Source: Micavibrio sp.
Lineage (GTDB): Bacteria; Pseudomonadota; Alphaproteobacteria; Micavibrionales; Micavibrionaceae
NCBI GenBank assembly: GCA_040381535.1
Contig: JBEIHF010000009.1
Coordinates: 6,389 to 70,388 of the forward strand
Length of the DNA: 64,000 nt
Direction: 5' to 3'
The notes under the pieces are model-generated. The model was not told the origin of the DNA and ran no database searches. It worked only from the letters and a program-made list of their open reading frames with translations. Positions 9,325 through 19,117 of this stretch are shown here, in pieces (position 1 is the stretch's first letter; every line of letters begins with the position of its first letter). The position numbers and the translations under genes were made by a program.

Positions 9325-10557
9325 CTACTTCTCGAGATAATCCAGATCGGCGGCAAAAGTCTCGCGCATGGCGAACGCGCCGAAGAGGGCAAGGGCGTAT
9401 ACGACCAGCCCCACGATCAATGCGGCTTGGTCGAGCGGCATATGTTCCTTCAAGGCCGCCACCGAAAGCGTGATGGGAATGGTCGCGGCTCTGGAGAAAT
9501 TGGGGACGCTGGTCGTGATGGTCGCGCGCAAATTGGTGCCGAAGCTTTCCGATGCCGCCGTGACGCCCAAAACCCAGCATCCGCAACCGATGGCCGCACC
9601 GACATAGATGATGATAAGCGCAGGATAATTGAAATCAACGGGGCTTAAAAGAAGCGTGAGCACCATGATGAGGCCAAGCGATATGAAACCGATCAGAACT
9701 TTTTTTCGGCTTTTGACCGCGTTGCTTATCCACGCGCTGACGAAATCACTCATGGCCAAAAAGAACATCACGAAAGCGAGGATGGGCGGCACGGTGACTT
9801 CAAGCCCGTATTTCACTTTGAGCAATTCCGGCGAAAAATAAACCAGCACGCCGATCACATACCATACGGGGAGCAGTAAAGACACGCAGTGGAGGAATTT
9901 GATGATGCGTTCGGGTTTTTGAAAGACCATGGAGATTTTGCCCTTATCCTTGATCTCCTTCATTCCTTCGAACATGTGGGATTCCGCGATGCGCACGCGG
10001 AAGAAAAGCAGAGCCAATCCCATCAAACCGCCGATGATAAAGCTCATGCGCCATGGGATAACCAATGCCAGAAGGGCTGCGCATAACCCTCCCAGAATAC
10101 CGAATCCGCAAATAATGCCCGCACCGTATCCGCGTTTGTCTTTGGGCATCGTCTCGGAGATGAGCGTAATGGCAAGGCCGAGCTCGCCAGCAAGGCCCAA
10201 TCCCGCGATAAAGCGGAATGTCGCATATGCTGCCACACTATCAACGAATCCGTTCATGAAGGTCGCGATGGAATATGTCACGATGGATAAAAACATCATT
10301 TTCGTGCGACCGAATTTATCGCCCAGAATGCCGAACAACAGCCCGCCGATGAACATCCCCGCCATCTGCAGGTTCAAGATCATGACACCGGTATCAAAAA
10401 TTTCCTCTTGGGGCACGCCGATGTCGGTCAGTGAGGCAATGCGGTTCGCGCCGAAGATATACATGTCGAAGACGTCTACGAAATAACCGAGCGCCGCGAT
10501 TATCACGGGCAGGGTAAAAATTCCGGCCGGAAAGATCTTTTCTAAAAATCCACGCAT
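9325..10557 (-). CDS. MFS transporter
   Basis: About 410 aa with about 12 TM segments and the MFS signature GILGDKFGRTKM. The start could be 10575 or 10557; 10557 (MRGFLEK) is preferred because upstream sequence encodes the conserved end of a small ORF in another frame. Confidence 0.8.
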   Translation of the reverse strand: MRGFLEKIFPAGIFTLPVIIAALGYFVDVFDMYIFGANRIASLTDIGVPQEEIFDTGVMILNLQMAGMFIGGLLFGILGDKFGRTKMMFLSIVTYSIATFMNGFVDSVAAYATFRFIAGLGLAGELGLAITLISETMPKDKRGYGAGIICGFGILGGLCAALLALVIPWRMSFIIGGLMGLALLFFRVRIAESHMFEGMKEIKDKGKISMVFQKPERIIKFLHCVSLLLPVWYVIGVLVYFSPELLKVKYGLEVTVPPILAFVMFFLAMSDFVSAWISNAVKSRKKVLIGFISLGLIMVLTLLLSPVDFNYPALIIIYVGAAIGCGCWVLGVTAASESFGTNLRATITTSVPNFSRAATIPITLSVAALKEHMPLDQAALIVGLVVYALALFGAFAMRETFAADLDYLEK

Positions 10558-10685
10558 CTGCCATCCTTTTCCCAATCGCCATAGCGCACAGGGTCCAAAC
10601 CGCCACGTCCGCCCGTCTCGGGAGTGGGGTCTGGGACGGGTTTGGGCGTCGGTTTTTGTGTTTCGGGCTTAGGTTTTGTGCTCAT
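10542..10685 (-). CDS. DUF1674 / SDHAF4-like small protein (47 aa, below ORF-track cutoff)
   Basis: Manual translation of the minus strand gives MSTKPKPETQKPTPKPVPDPTPETGGRGGLDPVRYGDWEKDGRCVDF*. The C-terminal R-Y-G-D-W-E-x-x-G-R-C-x-D-F matches my recollection of the DUF1674 signature. Confidence 0.7.
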   Translation of the reverse strand: MSTKPKPETQKPTPKPVPDPTPETGGRGGLDPVRYGDWEKDGRCVDF

Positions 10686-10757
10686 ATGTTGAGAATAGCG
10701 AAACTATTGTGCGTGTCAGCCGTTTTTTTGCGTACAAAGATGATGGAAGGACCGCTT

Positions 10758-10988
10758 ATGAACACAAAAACACCGCCATGGAAGAAGAAAAATCCGCACA
10801 AAGGCTCGGAAACCAAGCTTACTGACGCTCAGATCAAAGAAGCGCGGGCGCGGGCAAAAAAGGCTGGACGGCCTTACCCCAATCTGGTTGACAATATGGC
10901 TGTGGCGAAAGCCGCGAAAAAAGAAAAAGGACGCGCCCGTTCCAGAACGGAAGACTCGTTCCCCACCCAAAAGGACCATGATGAATAA
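10758..10988 (+). CDS. Small Lys/Arg-rich hypothetical protein
   Basis: 76 aa from the ATG preceded by GGAAGGA (MNTKTPPWKKKNPHKGSETKLTDAQIKEARARAKKAGRPYPNLVDNMAVAK...). The ORF opens at 10656. It overlaps the next gene by 11 nt. Confidence 0.45.
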   Translation: MNTKTPPWKKKNPHKGSETKLTDAQIKEARARAKKAGRPYPNLVDNMAVAKAAKKEKGRARSRTEDSFPTQKDHDE

Positions 10989-11259
10989 CCTGCTGAAACC
11001 CTACCGCGAAAAGATAGACGCGCTGGATGATCAAATCGTCGATCTTTTGGTCGAACGCATCGAGATCATTCAGGAAGTCGCGAAAGTAAAAGGCGCAAAC
11101 GATATTCCCGCAGTTCTAGCAGACCGCGTAAACGAAGTTATAGAACGCTGTTCGGCCCGTGCAAATTCCAAAAAACTCGATGCAGATTTCGTGCGCCGTT
11201 TGTATACGGACATCGTGCAGTATAGCTGCAATCTTGAATCCAGATTGATGAAAAAATGA
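10978..11259 (+). CDS. Chorismate mutase (AroQ class)
   Basis: LKPYREKIDALDDQIVDLLVERIEIIQEVAKVK...FVRRLYTDIV is the AroQ helical-bundle pattern. The start is set at MMNNLL (10978) inside the longer 10888 ORF. Confidence 0.75.
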   Translation: MMNNLLKPYREKIDALDDQIVDLLVERIEIIQEVAKVKGANDIPAVLADRVNEVIERCSARANSKKLDADFVRRLYTDIVQYSCNLESRLMKK

Positions 11260-12602
11260 GTGAAGTTCAACCGGACCTCTTGGAAGAACTGCCCGCGTGT
11301 GACGGTCTTGTCACGCGGCGTGTCGCGCTGGATATTATCGAACAAATTCTGGGCCGAAAAAAAATGCTCGATGACGCGCTGGTTCAAAGCGAAGCGTTCA
11401 ATGCGCTTCCCCAACGCGACCGAGCTTTCGTGCGCATGCTGGTCGCCACCGTCTTGCGCCGCCGCGGTCAACTGGATGATCTGATCGCCCGCACGCTGTC
11501 CAAAGGCGAGGCGCCGCGTCCAGAACATCTGAAATGGATTTTGTATATCGGCATCACGCAGATTTTGTTTATGGATGTGGCCGATCACGCCGCCGTGGAT
11601 ACTTCCGTCACGCTGGCTGCCGAACGCGGGATGGAAGGAAAGAAAGGCTTCGTAAACGCCATTCTGCGCCGCATGACGGGTGAGGGGCATAGATGGGTTG
11701 CGGATCAAGATGCCGCCGCGCTCAACATTCCCGATTGGCTTTATATACAATGGATCAATGATTATGCCGCGGTGCGTGCGAAAGACATTGCATTGGCCTC
11801 GCTCGAAGAAGCCACGCTCGATTTCACGGTGAAAGATCCCGACACCAAAGGTGATTGGTCCAGAAAACTCGCCGCACGTTTTGTGCCGACGGGATCGCTT
11901 CGTCGTCCTTCTGGCGGCAACATCACCAATCTCGATGGTTTCACCGATGGCGCATGGTGGGTGCAAGATGCCTCCGCGGCTTTACCCGTGCGTTTGTTCG
12001 GTGATATCAGCGGTAAAACCGTGCTCGATCTGTGCGCCGCGCCCGGGGGTAAAACCGCGCAACTCGCTGCGGGTGGTGCGAATGTTGTGGCGCTGGATCG
12101 TTCGGCATCGCGCATGAAATCCGTCACGGAAAATCTGGCCCGTCTAGGTCTGGCCGAAAAAGTCGAACTCATTATTGAAGATGGCGCGGTCTGGAAACCC
12201 AAACAAAAATTCACGCATATATTATTGGATGCGCCGTGCACGGCGACGGGCACCATTCGCCGCCATCCCGATTTGCTCGCGCTCAAGAATGAAAAGGACC
12301 AAGTAGGCCTCGTGAGCATTCAAGAACGTCTGCTCAAGAGCGCCGCCTCCATGCTCGAAGATGGCGGAATGCTGATTTATTGCACCTGTTCGCTGCAAAA
12401 GGCCGAAGGCGAACAACAGATCGATAGGTTTTTGAAAGAAAATCCCCATTTCCGCCGCATTCCTGTGCGATCAGAGGAAATAGGCGGTCTGGAAGCCATC
12501 ATCAACGGCGATGGCGATGTCCGTATTCTTCCCTACCACCTGAAAGAAGATGGAGGTATGGACGGATTTTTCATATCGCGTTTGGAAAAGTCTGCGGCGT
12601 AA
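11256..12602 (+). CDS. rsmB: 16S rRNA (cytosine967-C5)-methyltransferase RsmB/Sun family
   Basis: An N-terminal NusB-like region plus SAM-MTase motifs (VLDLCAAPGGKT, ILLDAPCTATGTIRRHPD, YCTCS). Confidence 0.85.
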   Translation: MSEVQPDLLEELPACDGLVTRRVALDIIEQILGRKKMLDDALVQSEAFNALPQRDRAFVRMLVATVLRRRGQLDDLIARTLSKGEAPRPEHLKWILYIGITQILFMDVADHAAVDTSVTLAAERGMEGKKGFVNAILRRMTGEGHRWVADQDAAALNIPDWLYIQWINDYAAVRAKDIALASLEEATLDFTVKDPDTKGDWSRKLAARFVPTGSLRRPSGGNITNLDGFTDGAWWVQDASAALPVRLFGDISGKTVLDLCAAPGGKTAQLAAGGANVVALDRSASRMKSVTENLARLGLAEKVELIIEDGAVWKPKQKFTHILLDAPCTATGTIRRHPDLLALKNEKDQVGLVSIQERLLKSAASMLEDGGMLIYCTCSLQKAEGEQQIDRFLKENPHFRRIPVRSEEIGGLEAIINGDGDVRILPYHLKEDGGMDGFFISRLEKSAA

Positions 12603-12718
12603 AAATTATCAAAAAGATTCGTCCTAGGGCTATGCCTGTGGATATTAACGGGTTAAACTATTGATTCGAGGGGTTCATTCCCCGCCCGCCGCACAGATTA
12701 TCAAAATATAGAAACTCT

Positions 12719-13375
12719 ATGACCCGCTCGATCAGGATAGCCCCGTCGATTCTCTCCGCCGATTTTTCGAAACTCGGCGAGGAAATAAGCGCGATTGACG
12801 CTGCCGGCGCCGATTACGTTCACGTGGATGTTATGGACGGCCATTTCGTGCCGAACATCTCTTTCGGTCCGCTGGTTATGAAATCCGTGCGCGGCCATTC
12901 CAAAAAAATCTTCGACGTACATTTGATGATCTCGCCCGTCGATCCGTATATCCAGTCTTTCGCCGATGCAGGCGCCGATATCATCACCATCCATCCCGAA
13001 GCGGGCGCGCACTGGCACAGAACGTTGCAGGCGATCCGCGGCATGGGCAAAAAAGCGGGCCTTGCGATCAACCCCGCCACGCCGACGGAAGTGCTCGACC
13101 ATGTGATGGACCTCGTCGACCTCGTTCTCGTCATGACGGTCAATCCCGGTTTCGGCGGACAGGCTTTCATTCCGCTGATGGACAAAATTGCCGACGTGCG
13201 TGCACGTATTGATGCGACGGGCCGCGATATCGATCTCGAAGTCGATGGCGGCATCAATCCTGAAACCGCGAAACAGGTTATCAAGGCAGGCGCGAACGTA
13301 CTTGTTGCGGGCACTGCCGTGTTCAAAGACGGTCCTGCGGGTTACACCTCCAACATCAAATCGCTACGGGGTTGA
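12719..13375 (+). CDS. rpe: Ribulose-phosphate 3-epimerase
   Basis: IAPSILSADF...HVDVMDGHFVPN...DVHLM...MTVNPGFGGQ...EVDGG are canonical Rpe motifs. Confidence 0.95.
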   Translation: MTRSIRIAPSILSADFSKLGEEISAIDAAGADYVHVDVMDGHFVPNISFGPLVMKSVRGHSKKIFDVHLMISPVDPYIQSFADAGADIITIHPEAGAHWHRTLQAIRGMGKKAGLAINPATPTEVLDHVMDLVDLVLVMTVNPGFGGQAFIPLMDKIADVRARIDATGRDIDLEVDGGINPETAKQVIKAGANVLVAGTAVFKDGPAGYTSNIKSLRG

Positions 13376-13381
13376 TGTAAG

Positions 13382-15028
13382 ATGAACCCCGCGCTGCAAT
13401 TCGTGAACAAGAAAATCCGCAAAGGCGTTCACGCCCTCGCATGCAGCAAGATCGCCGACAAATGGAAACTCGCAGGGACCATTCCTGAAAAACTTCTCTT
13501 CTCGCCCGTTGATTTGTGGAAAGGCTCCGCCGATCGCGGACGCTGGCTCATCCATGGCGGTATCTTTACGCTAGAGGGCGATCAGCTCGAACTGCACAAC
13601 GCCGAATGGTTGCCCGAAGGTGTCGATGATACATGGATCAAATACATTCACAGCTTCGAATGGCTGCGCGATTTAAAAACGCTGGGCGGTGACAAAGGCC
13701 GTATGGCCGCCCGCGCAATGCTAGAAAACTGGATGTGTAGCTATCCACATTACGATGAAACCACATGGCGGCCCGATATTCTGGGCGCACGTCTGGCCAA
13801 CTGGCTTTCGTCTTTCACGTTCTTCGGTGAGAGTGCTACCGAAGAATTCCAGGAACAATTCTACGTGAGCCTCGCCCGTCAGGTGCGTCATCTTTCGCGC
13901 AACACACCTGGCAATATGTCGGGCGTATGTTTGTTGCAAGCCATCAAGGGTCTTGCCTATTCAGGTCTTGCCATGGAAGGCCGCGAACAATTGCTCGAAC
14001 AGGCTTTGAACCTTCTGCACAAAGAAATCGGCAAACAGATCTTAAGCGATGGCGGTCACGTCACCCGCAATCCGCAATCGCTTTTGGAATCCGTAGTGAT
14101 ATTGATCGACATCCGCACGGCCTTGCGTCAGGGCGGTTATCCTTGCCCTGAAAAAATCCTGCATGCGCTGGATCGTGCCGTGCCTGCTTTGCGTTTCTTC
14201 CGTCATGCCGATCGTCACTTCGCGTTGTTCAACGGTTGCCAAGAAGGCCACGAAGATTTGATGAAGCAAGTCTTCTTGCATGCTAACAACCGCGCCAAGG
14301 TTTTGAACTCGCTCCCGCACTCGGGGTATGAGCGTATGCCCGTGGGTCGCGGCTTGATCATCATGGATACGGGCAAGCCCGCCAAATGGCCGCACGACAC
14401 GACATCGCACGCTGCGCCTTTGGCATTCGAAATGTCTTATGGCCGCGAACGCATCATCGTGAATTGCGGTTCGCACCCCACCAATGCGGAATGGCAAGAC
14501 ACGCTGCGTTTTACCGCCGCGCATTCCTCGCTCACGATTGATGATCGCAACGCTTGCGAAATCCACAAGGACGGTTCGATCCCGCGAAAGCCCAAAAAAG
14601 TTTCCCTGCACCGCGACGATATGATCGAAGGTGTTTTGATCGATGCGTCCCATGACGGATATATTCCCGTCAACGGCATCACGCACCGCCGCCGTTTGTA
14701 TTATGCCGATGAAGGCAACGACTTACGCGGGGAAGACACGCTCACTTGCACGACGGGCTTGAACAAGGTTTACAATGTTGCCGTGCGTTTCCATCTGCAC
14801 CCAAAAGTCTCCGTGTCCTTGGTAAAAGACGGGGAAGAGGCGTTGTTGACGCTTCCGGGCGGTACGGGCTGGCGTTTTACGGCCTCGGGCGCGACGTTGG
14901 TTCTGGAAGATTCCATTTATCTCGGTGAAGGCATCCGCCCCCGCAAATCCAAGCAGCTCGTGATCATGGCCAACATGGATATCGATACGCTGCAAATCAA
15001 ATGGGCCTTGCAACGCGAGCTTCTCTAA
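13382..15028 (+). CDS. Heparinase II/III family protein (conserved alphaproteobacterial)
   Basis: 548 aa. Size, position after rpe and the sequence (LSDGGHVTRNP...HAAPLAFEMS) match the heparinase II/III-like proteins annotated at this locus in alphaproteobacteria. This is from memory, not a search. Confidence 0.65.
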   Translation: MNPALQFVNKKIRKGVHALACSKIADKWKLAGTIPEKLLFSPVDLWKGSADRGRWLIHGGIFTLEGDQLELHNAEWLPEGVDDTWIKYIHSFEWLRDLKTLGGDKGRMAARAMLENWMCSYPHYDETTWRPDILGARLANWLSSFTFFGESATEEFQEQFYVSLARQVRHLSRNTPGNMSGVCLLQAIKGLAYSGLAMEGREQLLEQALNLLHKEIGKQILSDGGHVTRNPQSLLESVVILIDIRTALRQGGYPCPEKILHALDRAVPALRFFRHADRHFALFNGCQEGHEDLMKQVFLHANNRAKVLNSLPHSGYERMPVGRGLIIMDTGKPAKWPHDTTSHAAPLAFEMSYGRERIIVNCGSHPTNAEWQDTLRFTAAHSSLTIDDRNACEIHKDGSIPRKPKKVSLHRDDMIEGVLIDASHDGYIPVNGITHRRRLYYADEGNDLRGEDTLTCTTGLNKVYNVAVRFHLHPKVSVSLVKDGEEALLTLPGGTGWRFTASGATLVLEDSIYLGEGIRPRKSKQLVIMANMDIDTLQIKWALQRELL

Positions 15029-15029
15029 A

Positions 15030-15452
15030 ATGACCGATATCAATTATCTCAGCCGTGATCTGACAACAGAAGAATTGGCCCAAGTCCGTTTGGGGTTTCA
15101 AGAACATGGTCTGGAATTTGGTGTGTCCCCGCACGAACATGAACGCCACACCATCGTTGCCATGTATGGCGATGATTTTATAGGTTGCGCCAGTGGTCTT
15201 CGCGACAACAATTGGTTTTATCTCAGTGACCTCTGGTTGAAAAAAGAATTCCGGAAGACGGGAATGGGAAAGAAAATCCTGTTGCTGCTCGAAGATGTGG
15301 TGAAAGAACACGGCTTCAAGCATATATACACATGGACGGCAGGGTATGAAGCACCGGGTTTTTACCAAAAACAGGGCTACACCATCTTTACCCAACATGA
15401 AGATTATTATGTTTCGGGCCATAGCCGCGTTGGTTTGCGAAAAGACCTTTAA
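15030..15452 (+). CDS. GNAT family N-acetyltransferase
   Basis: 140 aa with the motif A region [28 protein letters not shown]. The start lies 1 nt after the upstream stop. Confidence 0.7.
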   Translation: MTDINYLSRDLTTEELAQVRLGFQEHGLEFGVSPHEHERHTIVAMYGDDFIGCASGLRDNNWFYLSDLWLKKEFRKTGMGKKILLLLEDVVKEHGFKHIYTWTAGYEAPGFYQKQGYTIFTQHEDYYVSGHSRVGLRKDL

Positions 15453-15502
15453 AAACAAAAGAATCTGATCGACTTGTCCAAAAGTTGATTTATATTTCCT
15501 TA

Positions 15503-16180
15503 ATGACCGATATAAAACTCGAAAAAGACTGGCTCGCATATCTCGAGCCTGAATTCGAAAAACCGTATATGCAGAAATTGAAAGAATTTCTTGCTGCGGA
15601 AAAATCCGCGGGCAAAGCCGTCTATCCTAAAGGCGCCGATATTTTCAACGCCATGAACACCACGCGGTTTGACTACATCAAGGTCGTCATCATCGGGCAG
15701 GACCCCTATCACGGCGAGGGGCAGGCGCATGGTTTGTCGTTCTCCGTTCCCATCGGCGTGCGCCCGCCGCCCTCCCTCATGAACATCTACAAGGAAATCG
15801 AATCCGAATATGGCGTGAAAATGCCGCGCACGGGCGATTTGACCGCTTGGGCGAAACAAGGTGTGCTCCTGCTCAATGCTATACTGACCGTGCAGGCGGA
15901 GATGGCAGGCTCACATCAAAAACGCGGCTGGGAAGAATTCACCGATGCGGTCATCCGTGCCGTGAATGAAAAAGAAGAACCCGTGGTGTTTATGCTCTGG
16001 GGTTCGTACGCGCAGAAAAAAGGCGCGTTCATCGATCGTCGCAAACATCTGGTGTTGGAATCGCCGCACCCATCTCCGTTATCGGCCCATCGCGGTTTTT
16101 TGGGCAACGGCCATTTCAAAAAGGCCAATGATTATCTGGAACAGCACGGCCGCGCAGCCATCGACTGGACGAAACGCTAG
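15503..16180 (+). CDS. ung: Uracil-DNA glycosylase (family 1)
   Basis: [31 protein letters not shown] and HPSPLSA motifs. ATG 15503 is chosen over the TTG at 15485. Confidence 0.9.
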   Translation: MTDIKLEKDWLAYLEPEFEKPYMQKLKEFLAAEKSAGKAVYPKGADIFNAMNTTRFDYIKVVIIGQDPYHGEGQAHGLSFSVPIGVRPPPSLMNIYKEIESEYGVKMPRTGDLTAWAKQGVLLLNAILTVQAEMAGSHQKRGWEEFTDAVIRAVNEKEEPVVFMLWGSYAQKKGAFIDRRKHLVLESPHPSPLSAHRGFLGNGHFKKANDYLEQHGRAAIDWTKR

Positions 16181-16854
16181 GCCTGAATTCTTCCATCCAC
16201 AATGTGAATGCGCTTGTCCGCGACTTTCGCGAAATTCTCGTCGTGCGTGACGGCGGCGACGGCGCGGCCTTCGGTGTGGGCGATCTTGCGCAATATTTCC
16301 TGCACGGTCGTGGCCGCTTGAGAATCCAAATTCCCCGTAGGCTCGTCCGCCAAAATCATCGCGGGATCGTTGGCCATGGAGCGGGCGATGGCCACGCGCT
16401 GGCATTGTCCGCCCGACATTTGCTTGGGCAATTTGTTGACCTGGTCGTGCAATCCAACGCTTTCGAGCAGCGCGATGCCTTTTTCTTTTTGCTGCTTGGG
16501 CGATAGCCTGCCCAGCTTTTGCATGGGAAGACAGACATTCTCCAGCGCGGAAAATTCGGGCAGCAAAAAGTGAAACTGGAAGATGAAGCCGAGTTTTTCC
16601 AAGCGAAATTGCGCCAGATCGTTTTCGGATAATTCCGTTGTTTCCGTACCGAGCATGTTGATCGTGCCGCTGGTCGGGCGATCGAGCAATCCCAGCAAGT
16701 AGAGCAACGATGATTTCCCTGAACCCGAAGGCCCTGTGATCGCGGTGAAATGTTCGGTTTCGATATCGAGCGAGGCGTTCTTTACGAGCGTGACTTCGAT
16801 TTCTTCACCGATCAAGGTGCGCGTGACATCGTGGACGGACATCAAAATGCTCAT
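16177..16854 (-). CDS. ABC transporter ATP-binding protein (LolD/MacB-type)
   Basis: Walker [10 protein letters not shown], signature MSGGQCQR, Walker [12 protein letters not shown]. It overlaps the permease gene by 4 nt. Confidence 0.85.
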   Translation of the reverse strand: MSILMSVHDVTRTLIGEEIEVTLVKNASLDIETEHFTAITGPSGSGKSSLLYLLGLLDRPTSGTINMLGTETTELSENDLAQFRLEKLGFIFQFHFLLPEFSALENVCLPMQKLGRLSPKQQKEKGIALLESVGLHDQVNKLPKQMSGGQCQRVAIARSMANDPAMILADEPTGNLDSQAATTVQEILRKIAHTEGRAVAAVTHDENFAKVADKRIHIVDGRIQA

Positions 16855-18095
16855 TGTCCACCCCGCAAAATTTGTACGGGCATGACGGATGCGCCTTTTT
16901 TGGCGGGCAGATAAGAAGCCAGCACGGCGGCGGAGAAAGCGAACGCCCCCGCGATAAAGAATTGCGGCGCGGACCAGTCAATCGGCATCTGGATAGGCTC
17001 GGAAACACCCGGCGGATTGAATGTAATCTGTGAGAGCGCGTACATCAAGGCGCAGCCGAGCGGCAACCCGAACACCACCCCGCCGACACCAAGGATGCAG
17101 CCCTGAATGACGAAAATCTTTTTGATATCGGATGCCAAGAAGCCCATGGATTTCAGGATGGCAATATCCTTTTGCTTTTCCATGATGATAGTGAAGATAA
17201 TGTTGTAAATCCCGAATGCGGCGACGAGCAGGACGGCGGACACCACCGTGTACATGATTACGTTGCGGATGGCGAGCGTTGACATGATGTCTTCGGATGA
17301 TTCCTGCCACGACACGCATTTATATCCCGTGGCGGCTTCTATTTCGCCCGCCAGTTCCCGCGCTTTGTCTGAATTATCCATTTTTATAATGATAGTGTTG
17401 GCGCGGTTTGATTTGTTCATCATCGCCTGCACGCGTTTGATGTCCGTAAAGGCCTGCTTGTCATCGTAATCGAGCGATCCCGTGCGGAATATCCCGACGA
17501 TTTTAAAAGTACGCACCTGGCCCGTGCTGGCTGTGAGCGTGATATTGTCGCCTTTTTCCAGTATCAAACGGCGGCATAATTCCGCGCCGACGATCACACC
17601 GTTGCGGTTAGAAATCAAATCATCCACGGAACCGTCAATCATGTTTTCCTCGACAGTGGTGAGGTCTTTCATGTCGGCGGGGATCATGCCGTTGAGGACA
17701 ATCGAATTGTCACGGCCTGCGTAATTCAGAATGGCTTGGCCCGTTAATGTTGCCGATGCGCGTACACCCGGGCGGCGTTTCAATTCTTCCACCACTTGCT
17801 TGTACCCGCGAATGCCGCGCGTTTCGGGTAGCGGCTGGATGGAGCGCAATTCCACCACACGGTCTTTGTATAGTTTTTGAACGGGCTGTTCCTTGGCGTT
17901 TCTGTATTCGTCATGTACGGATATGTGCGGCGAATTGTCGATCAGGCGTTTGATGAAATCATTCTGCGATCCTTGCATGAGGGACGAAATGGCAAGGAAA
18001 AATGCCACGCCGATGATAATGCCGAGAAGCGACACAAAGCTTTGCCGCTTGCGCGAGAGAATATGTCTTACAGCGATTGTGAAAAAAAGATTCAT
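16851..18095 (-). CDS. ABC transporter permease, FtsX/MacB-LolCE family
   Basis: 414 aa: an N-terminal TM, a large periplasmic domain, then three C-terminal TMs with an FtsX-like region (ILKSMGFLASDIKKIFVIQG). Confidence 0.85.
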   Translation of the reverse strand: MNLFFTIAVRHILSRKRQSFVSLLGIIIGVAFFLAISSLMQGSQNDFIKRLIDNSPHISVHDEYRNAKEQPVQKLYKDRVVELRSIQPLPETRGIRGYKQVVEELKRRPGVRASATLTGQAILNYAGRDNSIVLNGMIPADMKDLTTVEENMIDGSVDDLISNRNGVIVGAELCRRLILEKGDNITLTASTGQVRTFKIVGIFRTGSLDYDDKQAFTDIKRVQAMMNKSNRANTIIIKMDNSDKARELAGEIEAATGYKCVSWQESSEDIMSTLAIRNVIMYTVVSAVLLVAAFGIYNIIFTIIMEKQKDIAILKSMGFLASDIKKIFVIQGCILGVGGVVFGLPLGCALMYALSQITFNPPGVSEPIQMPIDWSAPQFFIAGAFAFSAAVLASYLPAKKGASVMPVQILRGGQ

Positions 18096-19117
18096 GGCTG
18101 GACTGGGGGCGACCAGTCTTTGTGCTTGGCTTTGATATGGCCTTCTTCCAAAAGCCCGCCGTCATATTTCATGGCGATCTTGTCTTCAGGGCCTACGCCC
18201 TCCAGTATTTCAATCGCCCGCGGTGTCTTGATGCCGATTTTGACAGGCGTATCCACGGCCTTGCCGCCGTCTATCTTCAAAACCTTGCCGTTTGAAACCG
18301 CACCCGCAGGAATCATAAGGGCGGAATCCTTTTCCTGCGTGATGATGTTGGTTTCCGCCGTCATGCCGATCATCAGCGGCGTGTCCACCCCCAATGTCAC
18401 GCGCACGCGGTATGAACGCGCCACGGGGTCGCCTTTGGGTGTAATGCTTTGCACTGTGCCTTCGAATATTTTTTGCGGGAAGGCATCTGCGGAAATGACG
18501 ACTTTCTGATTGGCTTGAACAAGGCCGATATCTTCTTCATCCACTTCGGTTTCGATTCTCAAATCATCTCCGCCCGTGATCCAGAAAACAGGTGTGCCGA
18601 CGGGGATCAACTCACCGATTTCGCCGTCGCGGCGGATGATGGTGCCGGCTTCGGGCGCGATGAGTTGGAGATAGCTTAGCTCTGCCTTGGTGCGGTCGAC
18701 GGATGCGGATGCCGATTTATACGCGGCGCTGGCTTGATCCAAGGCTTCTTTGGCAATCGCGCCGCTTTTCGAAAGTTTTTGCGCACGGGCAAGGTCTTTC
18801 GATGTAAGGTCCATTTTGGCCTGCAGGTCTTTTAAATTTTCCTGCGTGTCGGCGTCTTCGAGTTGCGCGAGAATTTGTCCCGCTTCCACGCGGCTGCCTT
18901 CATCGACGGCAAGGCTCATCAGACGCGCGCCGATTTTGGGGGAAATGGGGATCATGCGGCTGGCTTCGACTGTCCCTGTCGCATATACGGCCTGTACGGC
19001 GGGTGTGTTGACGGGGGAAACAGTTTCCACGTCTTTCGCTTTCGCTGGGTTAAAAAACCAGAACGCCGCCACAACCCCTGTAATCAAAACCAAAACGATA
19101 ATAAGTTTTTTCATCAT
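18092..19117 (-). CDS. Efflux periplasmic adaptor subunit (HlyD/MFP family)
   Basis: An N-terminal anchor, a coiled-coil hairpin (LKDLQAKMDLTSKDLARAQKL...) and barrel regions typical of membrane-fusion proteins. It overlaps the permease gene by 4 nt. Confidence 0.8.
   Translation of the reverse strand: MMKKLIIVLVLITGVVAAFWFFNPAKAKDVETVSPVNTPAVQAVYATGTVEASRMIPISPKIGARLMSLAVDEGSRVEAGQILAQLEDADTQENLKDLQAKMDLTSKDLARAQKLSKSGAIAKEALDQASAAYKSASASVDRTKAELSYLQLIAPEAGTIIRRDGEIGELIPVGTPVFWITGGDDLRIETEVDEEDIGLVQANQKVVISADAFPQKIFEGTVQSITPKGDPVARSYRVRVTLGVDTPLMIGMTAETNIITQEKDSALMIPAGAVSNGKVLKIDGGKAVDTPVKIGIKTPRAIEILEGVGPEDKIAMKYDGGLLEEGHIKAKHKDWSPPVQP

Noticed and set aside
11070-11966. 298-aa minus-strand ORF antisense to chorismate mutase/rsmB
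   Set aside because: The plus strand has clear SAM-methyltransferase and NusB-like motifs. The antisense translation has no recognisable features.
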